A DNA stretch of 64,000 bases, taken from the IMG/VR virus record IMGVR_UViG_3300021964_000013; one strand, given 5' to 3'. Below, in pieces: positions 27,514 through 38,700 of this stretch (the stretch's first letter is position 1; every line of letters begins with the position of its first letter). This stretch comes from a virus. The position numbers were made by a program, and so were the translations under genes. The notes beneath the pieces are model-generated. The model searched no databases. It was not told the DNA's origin and saw only the letters and a program-made list of their open reading frames with translations.

Positions 27514-28713
27514 TTATTTTCTAATTTTCACACGCAGTCTACCAGAATCATCTCCACTAATCGCTCTAACCTTAAAGCCGCCAACTTGAGTGGATTGCTC
27601 ATGAGTACCTCTTGGACTCATATCAACATTCTTAGAACGTTGTGCGCTTTCCTTCATCGCGTCAGCTTTACCTTGTTGGTAAAAGTGATTAGCCACAGCA
27701 TCTGCGTTCATTGCTGTAAACAAGGCTTTGTGATACCCCTTAGCATCTCCTATAGTACTGTCTTCTCCTAAAAACTTTTTAGTGAAATTACCTAGGTCGC
27801 TTTGTTGATCCTTAACCTTACTAGCGTCATTAACATTAAATCGGTACTTCTTATCTCCAACCTCATATTCAAAACCTTTGAAGTTCTGGTTGAAAACTTG
27901 AGCGGTTTTATCCCTAAACACCGATGTCTGCTTTTCAGCTAGCTTGAGTGACTCTTCATTTTCCTTATTATAGCGATCGAAAAATTCAACCGCTTTCTGC
28001 TGTTCTGGCGTAAGCTTAGAACCAGCTTTAATATCATCGTAATACTTACCCTTCATTTCGTTCAAGTGTGACTTTGCACGCTGAACCTCTTCTTTGTAGA
28101 GTAACTTCTTACGTTTAATATCTCTATCGTCGTCTAGTTCGTCGTCGTACGAGTAACTGTCTTCGATCAAGAAATTAATCTCATCATCATCAAGGTGCGG
28201 TTTAGTCACCTTGTAGTATTCTCTAACAAGTTGTTGCTCGTCTAACGAATCAACATCTTGGTTTAATCTAACGTAATCCTCGAGAGTTCCACCAGTTTCG
28301 TTCATGAACTCAACTAGCTTCTCGATGTTTTCAGGTAAATCAACGCTTACCTTTTCTTCTTTTGTTTCAGTAGGCTCAGGCTCTACCTCAACATTTTCAG
28401 CCTCTGTTTCTGTAACTTCCTCTTCGTCTGTTACTTCTTCGAGCACCCGTACTTCTTGAGCGGGCTCTCCGTCATCTTGTACGGACTCATCTTCGCTGGG
28501 CTGTTGTACATCTTCGCTGGGCTCTTCCCGTACTTCGCTGGGCTCTGACACTGGCAGTTCATCGTCGGACACCCGCATCCCGGTTTGCTCGGCATTTTCG
28601 CTTTGTACATCTTCTTCTTGTTTAAAGTTTCTTAAATCAACTTTGATTACACCATCATCTTCGGCTTGAGCCTGAACTTTTTGTTCTTGGCTCACCATGT
28701 TTTCTTCTTCCAT
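27514..28713 (-). CDS. Capsid scaffolding protein
   Basis: Acidic low-complexity N-terminus and helical C-terminus; between portal and capsid genes. Confidence 0.75.
   Translation of the reverse strand: MEEENMVSQEQKVQAQAEDDGVIKVDLRNFKQEEDVQSENAEQTGMRVSDDELPVSEPSEVREEPSEDVQQPSEDESVQDDGEPAQEVRVLEEVTDEEEVTETEAENVEVEPEPTETKEEKVSVDLPENIEKLVEFMNETGGTLEDYVRLNQDVDSLDEQQLVREYYKVTKPHLDDDEINFLIEDSYSYDDELDDDRDIKRKKLLYKEEVQRAKSHLNEMKGKYYDDIKAGSKLTPEQQKAVEFFDRYNKENEESLKLAEKQTSVFRDKTAQVFNQNFKGFEYEVGDKKYRFNVNDASKVKDQQSDLGNFTKKFLGEDSTIGDAKGYHKALFTAMNADAVANHFYQQGKADAMKESAQRSKNVDMSPRGTHEQSTQVGGFKVRAISGDDSGRLRVKIRK
28431..28610 (-). CDS. Nested out-of-frame 59-aa basic SPAK-repeat protein inside the scaffold gene
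   Basis: MYKAKMPSKPGCGCPTMNCQCQSPAKYGKSPAKMYNSPAKMSPYKMTESPLKKYGCSKK*; A-rich leader TTTAAACAAGAAGAAG. Confidence 0.65.
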   Translation of the reverse strand: MYKAKMPSKPGCGCPTMNCQCQSPAKYGKSPAKMYNSPAKMSPYKMTESPLKKYGCSKK

Positions 28714-28749
28714 GTCTAAATAAAATATTAAAAGATACTATTAGTTATA

Positions 28750-31173
28750 TTACCTAGGTTCAAAATAACCTAATCCCATACTTCCGGTAAGCGTATCATT
28801 ACCAGAGGATTCAAAATCTTTTGGTGGTTTATTGCTTTTTCTTTGATCAATTAGTTCACTTTGTTGGGTAGCTTGAATTTTTGTTCTTTTATCCTTCCTA
28901 TCCTCCTTGTACTTTTCGTTTTCTTTTTTAGAACCAACGTCAATGTTTCTAAGTTGCATGTTATACTCAAACTCCTTAGCCATAAGCTCTTTCTTAATAT
29001 TAGCCTCTGTTTGCAGTTTCTGCATATCAAGCTGGGACTGTAGTTGAGCAAGTTGAGCTTTTCCTTGAGAAATAACTTGTTGTTTCTGTGCTTCTGCTTG
29101 AGCCACAGCCTGTTGCGTTTGAGCGTTTGCCTGTGCTTGCGCTTGCATATTCTGCTGCGCGATCTGTTGATCTCTCTCCTGCTTTTTCTTTCTACGTAGC
29201 TTAAGCAATTGGTTTGCTAACTTAACGTTTTTAATTTCCCTAACATCGATAGCATCTTCCAAGTCAACAGACTGCTGCGCTAAAGCTTGCTGGATGTTGT
29301 TTTCAAGCATTTGCTTTTCTTCTTCATCTGGCGCAAGCTCAATAAAGATACCAAAATCGTGAAGGTGTAAATCGCTTAACTCACCTAGAATTTCTGTTTT
29401 ATGTGCACCTATTTTATTTATAAGAGCGTCTTTCATTGGCGAGAACTCAATAACATCAGATATCATCAATGAAATACCTTCAGCGAGCTCAGCTGTCAAG
29501 AACAAGCTAGACTGTAAGATGTGTCTTGTCGCTGTATTAGAGTTAGCAGCGGCTAGCTTTTGCACACCAACCAAAGCGTGTTTATCAGGCATAGAACCGT
29601 CACGTGCCTCGTTAAGACCCGTAACATCACGGATCATCTGCAAGTAATAGTTGTATGTATTGATAAGTGCTTGTATTTTCTGGCCACCAGCAGCCGATGT
29701 CATCTCTTGAATAGGTACTTTACCTGGATTCATATCACCATCCGACGTGAATGACCTACCTATGATACTACCCGTTTGGAAGAACATATTAAGTGCTTCT
29801 TGTGGGTTGTAGTTTGTACCATTACCTAAATCAATTTCAGCCAAGCCATCAGCATCGATGTAAATACCATCCGGTACCATACGGGTCAACACTTGTTGTA
29901 GTTTCAAATGTGTTAGCTGAATCATATCAGCAAAACCAGTGATTCTTGATACTAGTGATTCAATGCGACCTTGGTACATTCTCGGTGCAACGAGGCTGTA
30001 GTTCATTTTAACCTTAGTGTCATCACTCTTAGGCCTCATCATGTTCTTAGCCATATCCCACTTAAGTAAGATATCAGTACCTAAAATCAAAGCACCTTCG
30101 TATAAAACCTCTAAAGACCTAGATACCTTGCTAAACTGACCTGCTAATTCAGCTGGTGGATCAAACTGATCGTCTTTTAGAATAACCTTGCTGGCGCCTG
30201 TAGCTGTTTCTTTAACCTTGTAAACCTCATTCATGTAGGTTTTGTAGTTAAAGTAAAGTATTTGCACGGTGTTAGCGTCTATAGTGTGGTTGTTTCTAGG
30301 TGAGTTACTGTAGTGACCTCTATCGTAGATGCTTTTCTTTAGAATGTTATCTAACTGGTCATCAGTAAGATCTGGAAACTGCTTTTTAAGCTCGTTTACA
30401 GGTACGTTTTTAACTTCACCTACGTAGTATATATCATCAAAGTATGGAGACTCAGAAAAAGAGTATACCATAGCAGATGGATCAACATACTCAACTTTAA
30501 TACCCTCTGACTTGTTAAACGTGTTTTTGACACAAGCCATACCAAGAACAGTGAGATCATAGTTAAGCCTTTTTCTTATGTTTTCATACTTGTTATCTTC
30601 AAGTATAGTTCTAATAGCTTGCTCTTCAGCGATCTCAACACCTTGCTTGTAGCTTAACTGCATGTGCAGCTCAAGCTCTTCCGTGCTGTCAGGTAAAGTT
30701 TGCTTTGGATTTTCGTACAAGCTAACACCAAAAGCCTGCTCAGCAAAATCTGATAGCTCTTTAGTTTGCATGTCTTTTAAAATAGACTCCATGTATTGTG
30801 TACGTTTTGATACACCGTATGGATCCTGTGCAAATGCTTTTACATCATACGTTCTCTCTGAAATACCGTTTACAACGATATCAACAAATTTAGGTATGAT
30901 AGGTACTGGTTTCCAGTCAAGGTTCAAGTATGATAGGTCACCATTGATGGATAATTCGTCTTTGTATTTTTGAATAGACTGCTCTCCACGAGCATACTGT
31001 CTTCTGTTGTGAAACGTCTCCTGGTTACTGTGAAAACGGTATACACCACCATCTCTCTTAAACCATTCGTCTTCGATTGCCTTAGCAACTTTAAGCCCAT
31101 ATTCTGAACTTACTTTTTCTAAATCACTAGCAACTTGGCTAGGAAAATAACTCTTTACAACTGACTCAGCCAT
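28750..31173 (-). CDS. Portal protein
   Basis: 807 aa directly after terminase; LNLDWKPVPIIPKFVDIVVNG, MIRDVTGLNEARDG; Gln-rich C-terminal coiled coil. Confidence 0.85.
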   Translation of the reverse strand: MAESVVKSYFPSQVASDLEKVSSEYGLKVAKAIEDEWFKRDGGVYRFHSNQETFHNRRQYARGEQSIQKYKDELSINGDLSYLNLDWKPVPIIPKFVDIVVNGISERTYDVKAFAQDPYGVSKRTQYMESILKDMQTKELSDFAEQAFGVSLYENPKQTLPDSTEELELHMQLSYKQGVEIAEEQAIRTILEDNKYENIRKRLNYDLTVLGMACVKNTFNKSEGIKVEYVDPSAMVYSFSESPYFDDIYYVGEVKNVPVNELKKQFPDLTDDQLDNILKKSIYDRGHYSNSPRNNHTIDANTVQILYFNYKTYMNEVYKVKETATGASKVILKDDQFDPPAELAGQFSKVSRSLEVLYEGALILGTDILLKWDMAKNMMRPKSDDTKVKMNYSLVAPRMYQGRIESLVSRITGFADMIQLTHLKLQQVLTRMVPDGIYIDADGLAEIDLGNGTNYNPQEALNMFFQTGSIIGRSFTSDGDMNPGKVPIQEMTSAAGGQKIQALINTYNYYLQMIRDVTGLNEARDGSMPDKHALVGVQKLAAANSNTATRHILQSSLFLTAELAEGISLMISDVIEFSPMKDALINKIGAHKTEILGELSDLHLHDFGIFIELAPDEEEKQMLENNIQQALAQQSVDLEDAIDVREIKNVKLANQLLKLRRKKKQERDQQIAQQNMQAQAQANAQTQQAVAQAEAQKQQVISQGKAQLAQLQSQLDMQKLQTEANIKKELMAKEFEYNMQLRNIDVGSKKENEKYKEDRKDKRTKIQATQQSELIDQRKSNKPPKDFESSGNDTLTGSMGLGYFEPR

Positions 31174-33385
31174 AATCTTCTATTATCTGCGATCTTGAAC
31201 CGCTATTTTTATATCGTGCAATACCTAAATTTATTGTCCTTGTGCCTCTGTCAGCTATTGGTTTGTACAAATGTCTGTTGCAAGCCATAATTGCTAAACC
31301 TGAGCTAATAGAAGCATCGTATTTTGTACGCTTACTTATATCGAATCTACTCCAATCGTTAAGCGTCCTATTTAGATACATAGTACCATAGGTACCATCT
31401 TCTAAATAACCAACATGTTTCTCTATATACGTCTCGATAGCAGCAGCGTGTGCTTGCTTTATATCTTCGCTAGTGTTAGGAATACCACCAATCTCTTTTT
31501 CAGTAACTGATAGCTTGTTCCAAACTTTATCTGGCCTGTTCATTGAGAAACCTCTGTAACCTCTTTGTTTTAAAAAGTATAGAAACCTAGGTTTGTTATT
31601 CTCTGCTAAAACAGGCATACCGTAAAACACTAGTGCTTTTAATATATCTTCAAAGAAGATCTCAGCTGTTTTCGGCCTAGCAACGTATTCAAGAAAAAAG
31701 TGGTTCGGAGGTGCATTTTCCATGGAAAACTTAGTTAAACCGTGTAGCGCACCATTTGAACCCTTACCATCAACTGTTCCACTGATATCGTAAGAGTCAC
31801 ATCCGAAAGCGCCAAGGTGTTCGTTTCCAGGATATTTTACCCCATTTTTTATAATCACTCGATTTTGCAGTTGTTTATCTGGAACCCAAGAAATTATAAA
31901 CCTACCTTTAGGATCTGGGCTAAAAAACACCTTAGTATCTTTAACACCGTTCTCCCAATGAAAAGAACCTCTAGTTATCAAACCGTCTCTTACAGAGCCC
32001 TCGTTGAAATCTATTTGCTCATATATCTTAGCTAGATTAAATATACTGTTTTTGGTTTCATCCCTAAACGCATGTTCTTCTGTACGAGGAAACTGTCTAT
32101 AGAATTCATTTAAAGCATCTTGGTCTTTTTTTAAACCTTCTGCTTCGTTTTCCCAGTTTTCAATAACACCGATGTCAATGTATTCTCCGAACGGTCCTTC
32201 AACCGATTCTTCAGGGGTGTCAAATACGGGATTACCATACTTGTCAATAAAGCCCTCGTAGTTCCATTCCATCGGTATAAACAAGCTGTACAAGCCAGAT
32301 CTTGTTTGTCCATTTTTATTTCGTTCGGTGACGTCAGAGTCGTTGTACAACTTCTTGAAGTTATCACCTCCTTTATCTAGCGAGTTAGATGTTGACCCCA
32401 TCATACACTTACCTATAATCCTAGATCCAAGTCTAAGACAGGTCTTTGTAACACGCCAGTTATTAAGTATATTGTCAGGTCTTTCCCACTTACCACTTTC
32501 ATCGTGAACGAGTAGTCTTAACTTTTCACCATCGTAAGAGTTATCACCTGTGTTTTTCCAGTCAATAGTAGTATCAAGACCTTCCAGTATTTCTTCGTCA
32601 CTTTTCTTAATGTTCTTTCTAGTGAGTTTCGATGCTGGTACTCTATACGCAAGTTCAGACTTTGGTCTGTCCATACCATCTTGTATAGGCTTAAAAAAGA
32701 AAGGGTAGTTTACGGATATAGGTACAACCTTATCAGTAAACATCTTCTTTGCATCAGCACCAGATTTTGATAGTATACCAAATCTAGCGTCAGATGTTAT
32801 AGTTGCTTGATTTACGGTTTCAGAGCTGGACATGAAGCTAAAACCGCTACGTCTGTTTTTTAGATAGCACATGCCGTATGATCTGTGATCAGCTTTGCAC
32901 GCCTCCCAAAATATAAAGAACAATCTGTTAGCTTCCCTAAAATCAGGCTTACCAACATCAATCTTTGTCCATTGTAGGTACATATAGTGTGTACCGGTTA
33001 TATAAGTTGGCTTACCGTTGTTGTAAAACCAAAAGCCATTATCTCTTCTATTAAACTCTTCGTCTATATAGTCTTCCCAGACCTCCTTAAAATCATCCGG
33101 GTAATCTTTCCAATCAAATACACTCTTTATGTTTTTAAGCTCCTTAGGATAGTCTAATGACATCCATCTGTCCTCTTTAAACTTATGTGTGTTTGATTCT
33201 TTTGGTAAAGCTATACGTAGGTTTTGTATTTCGTATATCTCACCGATTTGACCAGTCTTACTGATAACAATAAAGTCAAACTCCTTATTGTAGCCGTACT
33301 TCCATTTTTTAGCGCGATTATATCTCTTAACCGTGCTTTCTTTTATAGGCTGTACAACCTTGTATAGAGTTTGTTCATACATCAT
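31166..33385 (-). CDS. terL: Terminase large subunit
   Basis: Walker A-like KNRRSGFS, Walker B LLVHDE, MGSTSN coupling motif, nuclease motif FGCDSYD. Confidence 0.9.
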   Translation of the reverse strand: MMYEQTLYKVVQPIKESTVKRYNRAKKWKYGYNKEFDFIVISKTGQIGEIYEIQNLRIALPKESNTHKFKEDRWMSLDYPKELKNIKSVFDWKDYPDDFKEVWEDYIDEEFNRRDNGFWFYNNGKPTYITGTHYMYLQWTKIDVGKPDFREANRLFFIFWEACKADHRSYGMCYLKNRRSGFSFMSSSETVNQATITSDARFGILSKSGADAKKMFTDKVVPISVNYPFFFKPIQDGMDRPKSELAYRVPASKLTRKNIKKSDEEILEGLDTTIDWKNTGDNSYDGEKLRLLVHDESGKWERPDNILNNWRVTKTCLRLGSRIIGKCMMGSTSNSLDKGGDNFKKLYNDSDVTERNKNGQTRSGLYSLFIPMEWNYEGFIDKYGNPVFDTPEESVEGPFGEYIDIGVIENWENEAEGLKKDQDALNEFYRQFPRTEEHAFRDETKNSIFNLAKIYEQIDFNEGSVRDGLITRGSFHWENGVKDTKVFFSPDPKGRFIISWVPDKQLQNRVIIKNGVKYPGNEHLGAFGCDSYDISGTVDGKGSNGALHGLTKFSMENAPPNHFFLEYVARPKTAEIFFEDILKALVFYGMPVLAENNKPRFLYFLKQRGYRGFSMNRPDKVWNKLSVTEKEIGGIPNTSEDIKQAHAAAIETYIEKHVGYLEDGTYGTMYLNRTLNDWSRFDISKRTKYDASISSGLAIMACNRHLYKPIADRGTRTINLGIARYKNSGSRSQIIEDYG

Positions 33386-33660
33386 CTAGACCTTTTTTCA
33401 GCAAAGCCAGAAAAAGATTTCTTTTGTTCTTTTTCTATAGGCTTATTCTCTAGCATAGCCTCTTCTTCAGTAATCTTGTTTAAGATCTCTAAAGCGTCTA
33501 GAATAGCTAGTTTTTTTGTGGCTGCAGCATTTTTCAACCTGTCCGCGGAAACATCATCTTCTGTCTTAGTAATAATAGGCTCTTCAGCAACTTTAATAAG
33601 TTCTTCAATAGCTTTACGACCAGCTCGGATTATATTCCTTTTTGTCTCCTTTATGTCCAT
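33382..33660 (-). CDS. Putative terminase small subunit
   Basis: Small helical protein immediately upstream of terL with ATGA overlap. Confidence 0.5.
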   Translation of the reverse strand: MDIKETKRNIIRAGRKAIEELIKVAEEPIITKTEDDVSADRLKNAAATKKLAILDALEILNKITEEEAMLENKPIEKEQKKSFSGFAEKRSR

Positions 33661-34210
33661 AGTTTATGGTTATAGCTGCGGAGAGAACACGGTATAAACG
33701 TTCACCGTCTATAACAAACTCATATTCACTCCGGGGTGTGAACCCTACAATGTCGCCCTGCTGCAGACCTTGCGCTTGTAGATCATCACCCAACATTTTC
33801 AATACACCTATATTTGGTAGCTCTTTTTCCGTAGTCCACATATCGTCAGACTCCAATGGTTTTACGAAACAATAACCGTCCAGCGCTTTCCATTCGCCAC
33901 CGCGTTTGTACGCAAAGACCTGGTCTTCTTTACAGAAGTAAGTATCCTCTGCAAAAAAGCTACGGCTATTCTTTTCGTTACCTCTAACATCGTAAAACCT
34001 TCTAAAAACATTGTGATGAACTATAACGTCATCACCAGGTTCAACACCGCCGCAGTGTCTCAGCGGTGCACCCGTAACAGTACCAACTCTATTTACATAC
34101 CTGTGGTCTTGTAGATCAGTATTAAGTATAAGCTCTTTTTTACCAAGCTTTTTCTTATTACTGTTTCTAGTTCCCTTGGGCGTTACAACAAAGTCAAAAA
34201 CAGATCTCAT
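33614..34210 (-). CDS. Tandem GroES-like (co-chaperonin fold) protein
   Basis: Two GroES-like repeats: FVVTP...GTVTGAP..VEPGDDVIV and FVKP...GVLK...QQGDIVGF..RSEYEFVIDGERLYRV. Confidence 0.55.
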   Translation of the reverse strand: MRSVFDFVVTPKGTRNSNKKKLGKKELILNTDLQDHRYVNRVGTVTGAPLRHCGGVEPGDDVIVHHNVFRRFYDVRGNEKNSRSFFAEDTYFCKEDQVFAYKRGGEWKALDGYCFVKPLESDDMWTTEKELPNIGVLKMLGDDLQAQGLQQGDIVGFTPRSEYEFVIDGERLYRVLSAAITINYGHKGDKKEYNPSWS

Positions 34211-34431
34211 TAATATTCTAAATTATACTCAACCGCGATACCCATGTTTTTATTGAAATCTTTCCAAGGTATCACACTCTCGTCTTTAGTTATATAGATA
34301 CTAAATCTATCTTCTTCTTCAACGATACTAGTTATTGTATGCCCTCCGTAGACCTCTTGGCCCACGGAGTAATGCATAGCTTCGTTTTTATAATCTCTTC
34401 CGATGCTGATCTTTCTAATCAGCTTGTCCAT
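34210..34431 (-). CDS. Hypothetical protein
   Basis: 73 aa, translationally coupled to the next gene. Confidence 0.65.
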   Translation of the reverse strand: MDKLIRKISIGRDYKNEAMHYSVGQEVYGGHTITSIVEEEDRFSIYITKDESVIPWKDFNKNMGIAVEYNLEY

Positions 34432-34436
34432 GATTA

Positions 34437-34688
34437 TTATACAGTTTCAGCTTCTTGTACAGCCTCTTCGTACTCACCGTTTTCTAAATTAACAGTGATC
34501 GAACCGTACTCTTTTTCTAGTTTTTCTTGCTCTAGTTTTAAAGCTGCTTCCAGCTCCATAACTTGAGAGACTAACTGAGACTTTTGGTACTCTAGATCAC
34601 CTAACGTGCCTTTTGCACGGTTAAAATTAGAAACAGCTTCACGTACTGCTTGTAATTCTTCTTCTTTAATTTTTTTAGCTTTTGCCAT
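34437..34688 (-). CDS. Small coiled-coil protein
   Basis: Helical hairpin followed by YGSITVNLENGEY. Confidence 0.65.
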   Translation of the reverse strand: MAKAKKIKEEELQAVREAVSNFNRAKGTLGDLEYQKSQLVSQVMELEAALKLEQEKLEKEYGSITVNLENGEYEEAVQEAETV

Positions 34689-34716
34689 GATTAAATGATT
34701 TTATTATATATCCTAT

Positions 34717-34724
34717 CAAATATA
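34717..34724 (-). promoter_or_regulatory. Bacteroidota-type -7 promoter box (TATATTTG)
   Basis: TAnnTTTG about 30 nt upstream of the ATG at 34688, in an intergenic gap. Confidence 0.5.
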
Positions 34725-34754
34725 ATGCTATTATTGTAAAGTATGACACAATGG

Positions 34755-35720
34755 CTATAATTGTACAACCGACTGCCCATTAGCTGATGCAAAATCATAG
34801 TTGCCACTGTCGTCCGCAGCGTTTGCAGAAGGAACAGAAGTAGATGTATCACCAAATATAAGGTCGGTACTTAACGAAGCATCGGAAGCAGATATAGGTG
34901 TACCAGAATTGTATATAGAACTGATATTACCAGAAGTCAACAGCTTGTCCCACATATGCATATACATGTAATCAGCAATACGGCTACCACCAGTGTTATG
35001 GTCGTTACCACAGAACGTAAGTTCATCAAGCGTCATATTTGAACGAGAGCCGTTATTTGATACTGCTGTTGAGGTAAGCTCTGAACCGTTCCAATATATT
35101 TTAAAAGCAGCTGCTGCGGTAGACTGGGATGCGTCATATGTCAATACTAAATGTACAAAGTTGTTTCCGTTAACATTTCCTCTGTTAGAGCTAGTCCAAG
35201 TGTTTGCACTGCTGGTTCCAGTACCAGTCGCTGAATTATTACCATGTAACGCCCACTGTCTATCAAAATTAGATGAGCTACTTCTGTAACGTGCTATAAG
35301 TCTATTAAGCCCGTAGTCGTACTGTAGGAATAAGCGGTTTGCAGTAGAAGTTGTACCAGATGGTGTAAGATCAAACACGATTAAATTAAGATCTGTAGCA
35401 GTCCACTGAGGTCGTATCCACAATGAAATACTGAAGTCCTCTGTAGTAGACTGAACGGGTTTATCTGTAGCTGTATCCCATTTAATATCATTGCTCAAAT
35501 CCCAGTAGTACTGCGCTGCAGGCGCTGCACTATGGTCGTAACTATACCACTCGCTAATAGCGTGAGGCGTATCGGCGTTAGGCGTACTAGTGCTGTTTGT
35601 ATTAATAGTTTCGTAACCTCCTTCTGCTGCGGTGGATATTGAAAACTCAGATCCTGCTGCTTGATTTAACTCAGCGATTAACTGTGAGAACTTAATCTGT
35701 CCACTACTTTGTAGAGCCAT
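34755..35720 (-). CDS. Tail-associated protein with a LamG/concanavalin A-like domain
   Basis: MALQSSGQIKFS...ISEWYSYDH N-terminus; FSISLWIR, VHLVLTYD, KIYWNG, WDKLLT motifs. Confidence 0.75.
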   Translation of the reverse strand: MALQSSGQIKFSQLIAELNQAAGSEFSISTAAEGGYETINTNSTSTPNADTPHAISEWYSYDHSAAPAAQYYWDLSNDIKWDTATDKPVQSTTEDFSISLWIRPQWTATDLNLIVFDLTPSGTTSTANRLFLQYDYGLNRLIARYRSSSSNFDRQWALHGNNSATGTGTSSANTWTSSNRGNVNGNNFVHLVLTYDASQSTAAAAFKIYWNGSELTSTAVSNNGSRSNMTLDELTFCGNDHNTGGSRIADYMYMHMWDKLLTSGNISSIYNSGTPISASDASLSTDLIFGDTSTSVPSANAADDSGNYDFASANGQSVVQL

Positions 35721-38700
35721 CTAGTTTTGCTTTTAGTTCATCAATTTGTTTTTGCTGTTCCTTAATAGCCTCAATAAGAAGACCCGTAATGTTTCCATAC
35801 GCAACCCCTAACATTCCGTCCTCACTTTCATGAACAACCTCTGGTATAATCTCAGCAACCTCTTGTGCTATAACCCCGGTAGAACGCTTTTCCTCGCCTA
35901 TCTTATTAAAGTTAACGCCTCGTAAGGCTGTAACTTTTTCAAGAGCATTAGGAATAGTTTCTACATTCTCCTTAACTCTAGCATCAGAATAAGCGATAAT
36001 GTCACCAGTAGCGGTAAAAGTACCTGCAAGCGCATTACCACTAGAAGAAAGATTTCCTAATCCTACCTCCCCTGGAGAGTCAATAGTACATGCAATAGTT
36101 AAATCATACGGGTCTGTATCTATACCATTTGAAGTATCCGTCCAGTTTATGCTAATACCAGCACCCTGCACGAATTTCCACTCATTAGCATTGTTGATCT
36201 GTACCTCTGTACCATCACCATCCTCTACAAAAAAGCCAGTCATGTTCCCAGTAGCACCAGTAGCAATCGCTGTAATATGCCCATTAGCATCTACAGTAAT
36301 AGTGTCAATCTTTGTTCCGTTAGCAGTGTCACCGTAAACACCACTTAGGGTAGAAGTATCTTCATGTGCGGTATATTGTTCCGCGGCAGGAATTGTAGTG
36401 CTGTTAAATGCGTTAGCCCCAAATGTAAAACTTTGATTAGTTGCCCCACTTACACTAAATACAAGTGTGTTAGTACCATCGGTTCTTTCAATACCATCAA
36501 GGTAATAGTTAGTATCACTACCCCCAGAAGTTACTGTGCTAAACGAAAGAGTGCCACTACCATTTGTAGTGAGCACTTGACCGCTTGTTCCGTCAGTTAC
36601 ATTTAATTCTGTGATTCCAACAGAGTTTGCTGCAATACCAGTTAAGTAAGAAGAAGCAGCTGTACCTCCAAGGTTGGACGCGTCATAAACTTTTTCAAAC
36701 TGAATGTCTGGCTGTCTTAGGTAAATTGTTTCGTTACCGTGACCAGTCCAGTTAAGAACGACTAAACTAACATAACCATCGTTTCCTGCGGTATACGTGC
36801 GTTCGTAGTTTGTCCAAACATTAGGAACTGCTCTGTTCTCTTCCCAACCAGTATCTCCAGAGGATTCTTCTACTACAACAATTTCCGAAGTACCAGAATT
36901 ATTAGAGACATGGGTTTTTCCATCTGGCATATCTCCATTGTATGCATAGAGTCTTATATATAACCCATCGGTTGAAGCAGTAGTTCCTTTTAGCATTATA
37001 GTAAAACGAACTTTATCACCAGCCTTTACTCGTATTGCTTTAAAAATAGCTCCAGTAGAAGTATCTCCAACTCCGCTTAACGCTATAGCGTCCTCTGTAA
37101 AATTATAATTTACATACGATGTTGAAGCGTTTCCATATCCAGATACCCAACCCAAAGCACGAGCCATAAAGTGTTGCATTTCACTTTCTGTGTAATATAA
37201 ATCATTGTGGTTGTGAGAAGGAAGCGACTGTAATGCGCTATCAGCTAAAAGCCCTTGTGCTGCTGTAGCATAATCAGTAGAAGCTGTTGCGGCTGCTGTT
37301 CCTAGTGTTGGTTTGTTTTTAATAAACGCATCTCCAGTAGTTGCATTCCAGTCCGACTGTACATTTGAATCACCTACAGCAGTATTGCCCGCCATTGCTG
37401 TGGTTGATGTCGTTCCGATAGTAAGCGGTGTTAAGTTACCGCTATTGTAAGCCGTATACTCGGTTACAGTTATATAACCATCTACAGTAGTGTTTCCATC
37501 AGCGCCAGTGTTTGAATAAACAGCAAAACTTCCATCGCTAATATGACCAGTTGCTGTTAATTCCGCATATTGCCCAGATTTAATATAAACATCTACAACT
37601 GTATTACTAACATTCACTATCCCAATTTCCTGAACTACTTCAGATGAAGCAGTAGAGTGGTTATAGAAAACCACATCGTAATTATTGTCATTATTAAGCT
37701 GACCAACTATGTGACCCATAGCAGGGAGAGAGTTGTCACTATAAGATGTACTTCTACCTGCAAGCGTAATCATAAATCTTGAAGACTGCGCGCTAGTAAT
37801 CCTTGCTATTCTCCAGAATGAATTACCAGTAGAAGCTGTATTATCTAAAGCCCTCCAATTATAAAACTTAGAGTTCCCATCAGTAGTAGTACCCTTGGCA
37901 AAAGTTATTAGCTCCGCAGCTGTATCAGCACTTGTAGCAGAAATAAAGTCTGTTGCGGCGGATGCAGAAGCTGTCCCTAATGTAGGTTTGTTTTGTATAA
38001 AAGAGTCTCCAGAAGTGGCGTTCCAATCAGACTGAACATTTACCTCAGCTCCACTAGCAATCCCATCTAACTTAGTTTTATCTGTAGAAGACATAAGACC
38101 AGCCGTAGAGGTAGTTGCATCATTATACTGAGTATCTGTTGATCTAATCTCAATGGTGCTATCAGTCTGAGTCAATGATGTTGCACCTGCTCCAGATAAG
38201 GTTACAGTACCAGATACTTCAGAGTTAGCAACTCCAACAGATGTAATAGTATCGGTATTAGCAGTCTTGTTTGTCCAAGACATTGTGCCGTCTCCGTCTG
38301 AAGTCAATACTTGTCCAGAAGAACCGTCACCAGATACATTAATTTGGTCAGCACCAATGCTGTTGTTTTTAATATTAAATGTTAAATCATATGGGTCTGA
38401 ATCAGAGCCAGTAGATGTGTCTGACCAATTAATATTAATACCAGTACCCTCAACAAACTTAACTTCCTTACCATTAGAAATAGAAACCTCAGTACCATCT
38501 CCATCTTCTAATATGAAAGAACTCATATATCCACCAGAAGCGTGGTTGCCCCAGCTGTAAGCGGTATCCCAGTTACCAGTATTGCCTCCACTAATAGTAC
38601 CCTTAGCTCGTATCATACCATTAGTAAGACTAGTTACAGAGTCTACCACATTTCCAGCTGCTGCTGAAGAAAGTGCTGGCACTGAAACGTAAGCCGCATC

